Assembly (NCBI GenBank): GCA_963666275.2
Contig: CAXXOA010000002.1
Location: 1,472,001 to 1,536,000 of the forward strand
Direction: 5' to 3'
DNA from: Oceanispirochaeta sp.
GTDB lineage: Bacteria > Spirochaetota > Spirochaetia > DSM-2461
Length of the DNA stretch: 64,000 nucleotides
Shown: positions 62,793-64,000 of the stretch, one piece after another
Layout: each line of letters starts with the position of its first letter
How positions within the stretch are numbered: the stretch's first letter is position 1
Notes under the pieces: generated by a model
The model's database searches: none
What the model saw: only the letters and a program-made list of their open reading frames with translations
What the model was told of the DNA's origin: nothing
Made by a program: the position numbers and the translations under genes

Positions 62793-64000
62793 GATCCCCG
62801 GATTACCCCGGGTTGTTATTGCGGGCAGACCCAATGTGGGAAAGTCCACACTATTCAATAGAATCATCGGAAAAAGAAAAGCGATTACCGATCCCACTCC
62901 CGGAGTTACCCGGGATACCATACGGGAAAAGTGTATCATGGGCGGACGGGAACTGATGCTCATGGATACCGGCGGTTTCAAGCTGGAACGAGACGATGAT
63001 TTTGATGAGCTCGTTTCGGAAAAAAGTCTGCAGATGCTGAACTCGGGAGATCTTATTCTCTTCCTTATGGATGTGAATGATATTACCAGTGAAGATGAAA
63101 CATTTATTGAGCATCTGAGGCCCTTCAAGGAGAAGGTTCTTCTTGTGGTAAACAAGGTGGACCACCCGGAGAAGGAGAATGAGATCTGGAACCTCTACTC
63201 ACTGGGGTTCGATCATATCATCGGCATTTCCGCTACCCATGGGAAAAATGTGGATGCCCTGTATGAGAAAGTCCTCTCTATGATTGATTTTTCCCGGTTT
63301 GATCCTTCTCTTGAGAAAGATCTGGTTCCGGATATCAGTATAGCCATACTGGGAAAACCCAATTCGGGAAAGTCCACTCTGACCAATAAACTCAGCGGCG
63401 CTGAACATGCGATCGTTTCACCTATTGCAGGGACAACCCGGGATGTTATTGAAGGTCGTTTTGCCTATAAGGGGCAGAATTTCAGGGTTCTTGATACAGC
63501 AGGGATCCGGAAAAAGAAAAAAGTTATTGAAGATGTGGAGTATTACTCGGTCAACAGGGCTTTCAAATCCATTGAAGAAGCGGATGTTATCCTTCTTCTG
63601 ATCGATGTCAATGAAGGGCTGACCGAGCAGGACAAGAAGATTACCCAGCAGATTATCAACAAAGGAAAGGGTGTTCTTCTGGTTCTCAATAAATGGGATA
63701 CAACCGACAAGAGCAAGGAAACCTGGGAAAAGACAAAAGAACGGGTGGAATTCCTCTTTCCTGTTCTGCACTTCGCTCCCATTCTGGCGGTTTCCGGCCT
63801 CCAGGGATCGGGGATTGATAAACTCCTGGATGAGGTTTTAAAGGTTTACAGACAGCTGACAAAGCGGATAGAGACAAGTGTTCTGAATGAGGCTCTGGCA
63901 GACTGGGTGGATTTTAATCCGATTCCTTCGGTGAAAAACAGACGGTATAAACTCCGTTATATGACCCAGGTCTCTTCTCATCCTGTGAAATTTATCGCAT
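62773..64000 (+). CDS. der: Ribosome biogenesis GTPase Der/EngA (3' truncated by window edge; absent from ORF track)
   Basis: Manual translation from TTG 62773 (RBS GGAGG): GRPNVGKSTLFN...DTGG...NKVD, then a second G domain GKPNSGKSTL...DTAG...NKWD. Confidence 0.96.
   Translation, partial: MTLSQDKIPGLPRVVIAGRPNVGKSTLFNRIIGKRKAITDPTPGVTRDTIREKCIMGGRELMLMDTGGFKLERDDDFDELVSEKSLQMLNSGDLILFLMDVNDITSEDETFIEHLRPFKEKVLLVVNKVDHPEKENEIWNLYSLGFDHIIGISATHGKNVDALYEKVLSMIDFSRFDPSLEKDLVPDISIAILGKPNSGKSTLTNKLSGAEHAIVSPIAGTTRDVIEGRFAYKGQNFRVLDTAGIRKKKKVIEDVEYYSVNRAFKSIEEADVILLLIDVNEGLTEQDKKITQQIINKGKGVLLVLNKWDTTDKSKETWEKTKERVEFLFPVLHFAPILAVSGLQGSGIDKLLDEVLKVYRQLTKRIETSVLNEALADWVDFNPIPSVKNRRYKLRYMTQVSSHPVKFIA

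Overview
Chromosomal window from a spirochaete. This is inferred from gene order and protein features; it is most consistent with a free-living Spirochaetaceae-like organism. The left third (1-26.4 kb) opens with the 3' end of clpB, followed directly by an unusual composite repeat locus: 8.5 tandem 57-bp units, GC-rich palindromes and four inverted copies of the same core motif. It continues with a large protein carrying a split HPr domain, a metallophosphoesterase, nudC, and a translationally coupled four-gene operon (membrane adenylate cyclase with a pseudo-Hpt N-terminus, FecR/Fn3 protein, two beta-barrel-type proteins). Two lipoproteins, argH, a second FecR protein, a Na/Pi cotransporter, a BMP-type nucleoside ABC transporter, prs and an FGGY kinase complete it. 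The middle (26.5-53.4 kb) is one contiguous translation/transcription supercluster: tRNA-Thr, rpmG, tRNA-Trp, secE, nusG, rplKAJL, rpoBC, rpsLG, tuf, and the S10, spc and alpha blocks. It lacks fusA, adk, map, infA and rpsD, and has a 387-bp highly structured spacer where fusA usually sits. The right end holds a very acidic repeat-containing membrane protein, rny, ymdB-like, tlyA, a GerMN protein, ptsI and a truncated der. No CRISPR array, cas gene, transposase or prophage is visible. All calls come from reading motifs by eye; no searches were run.
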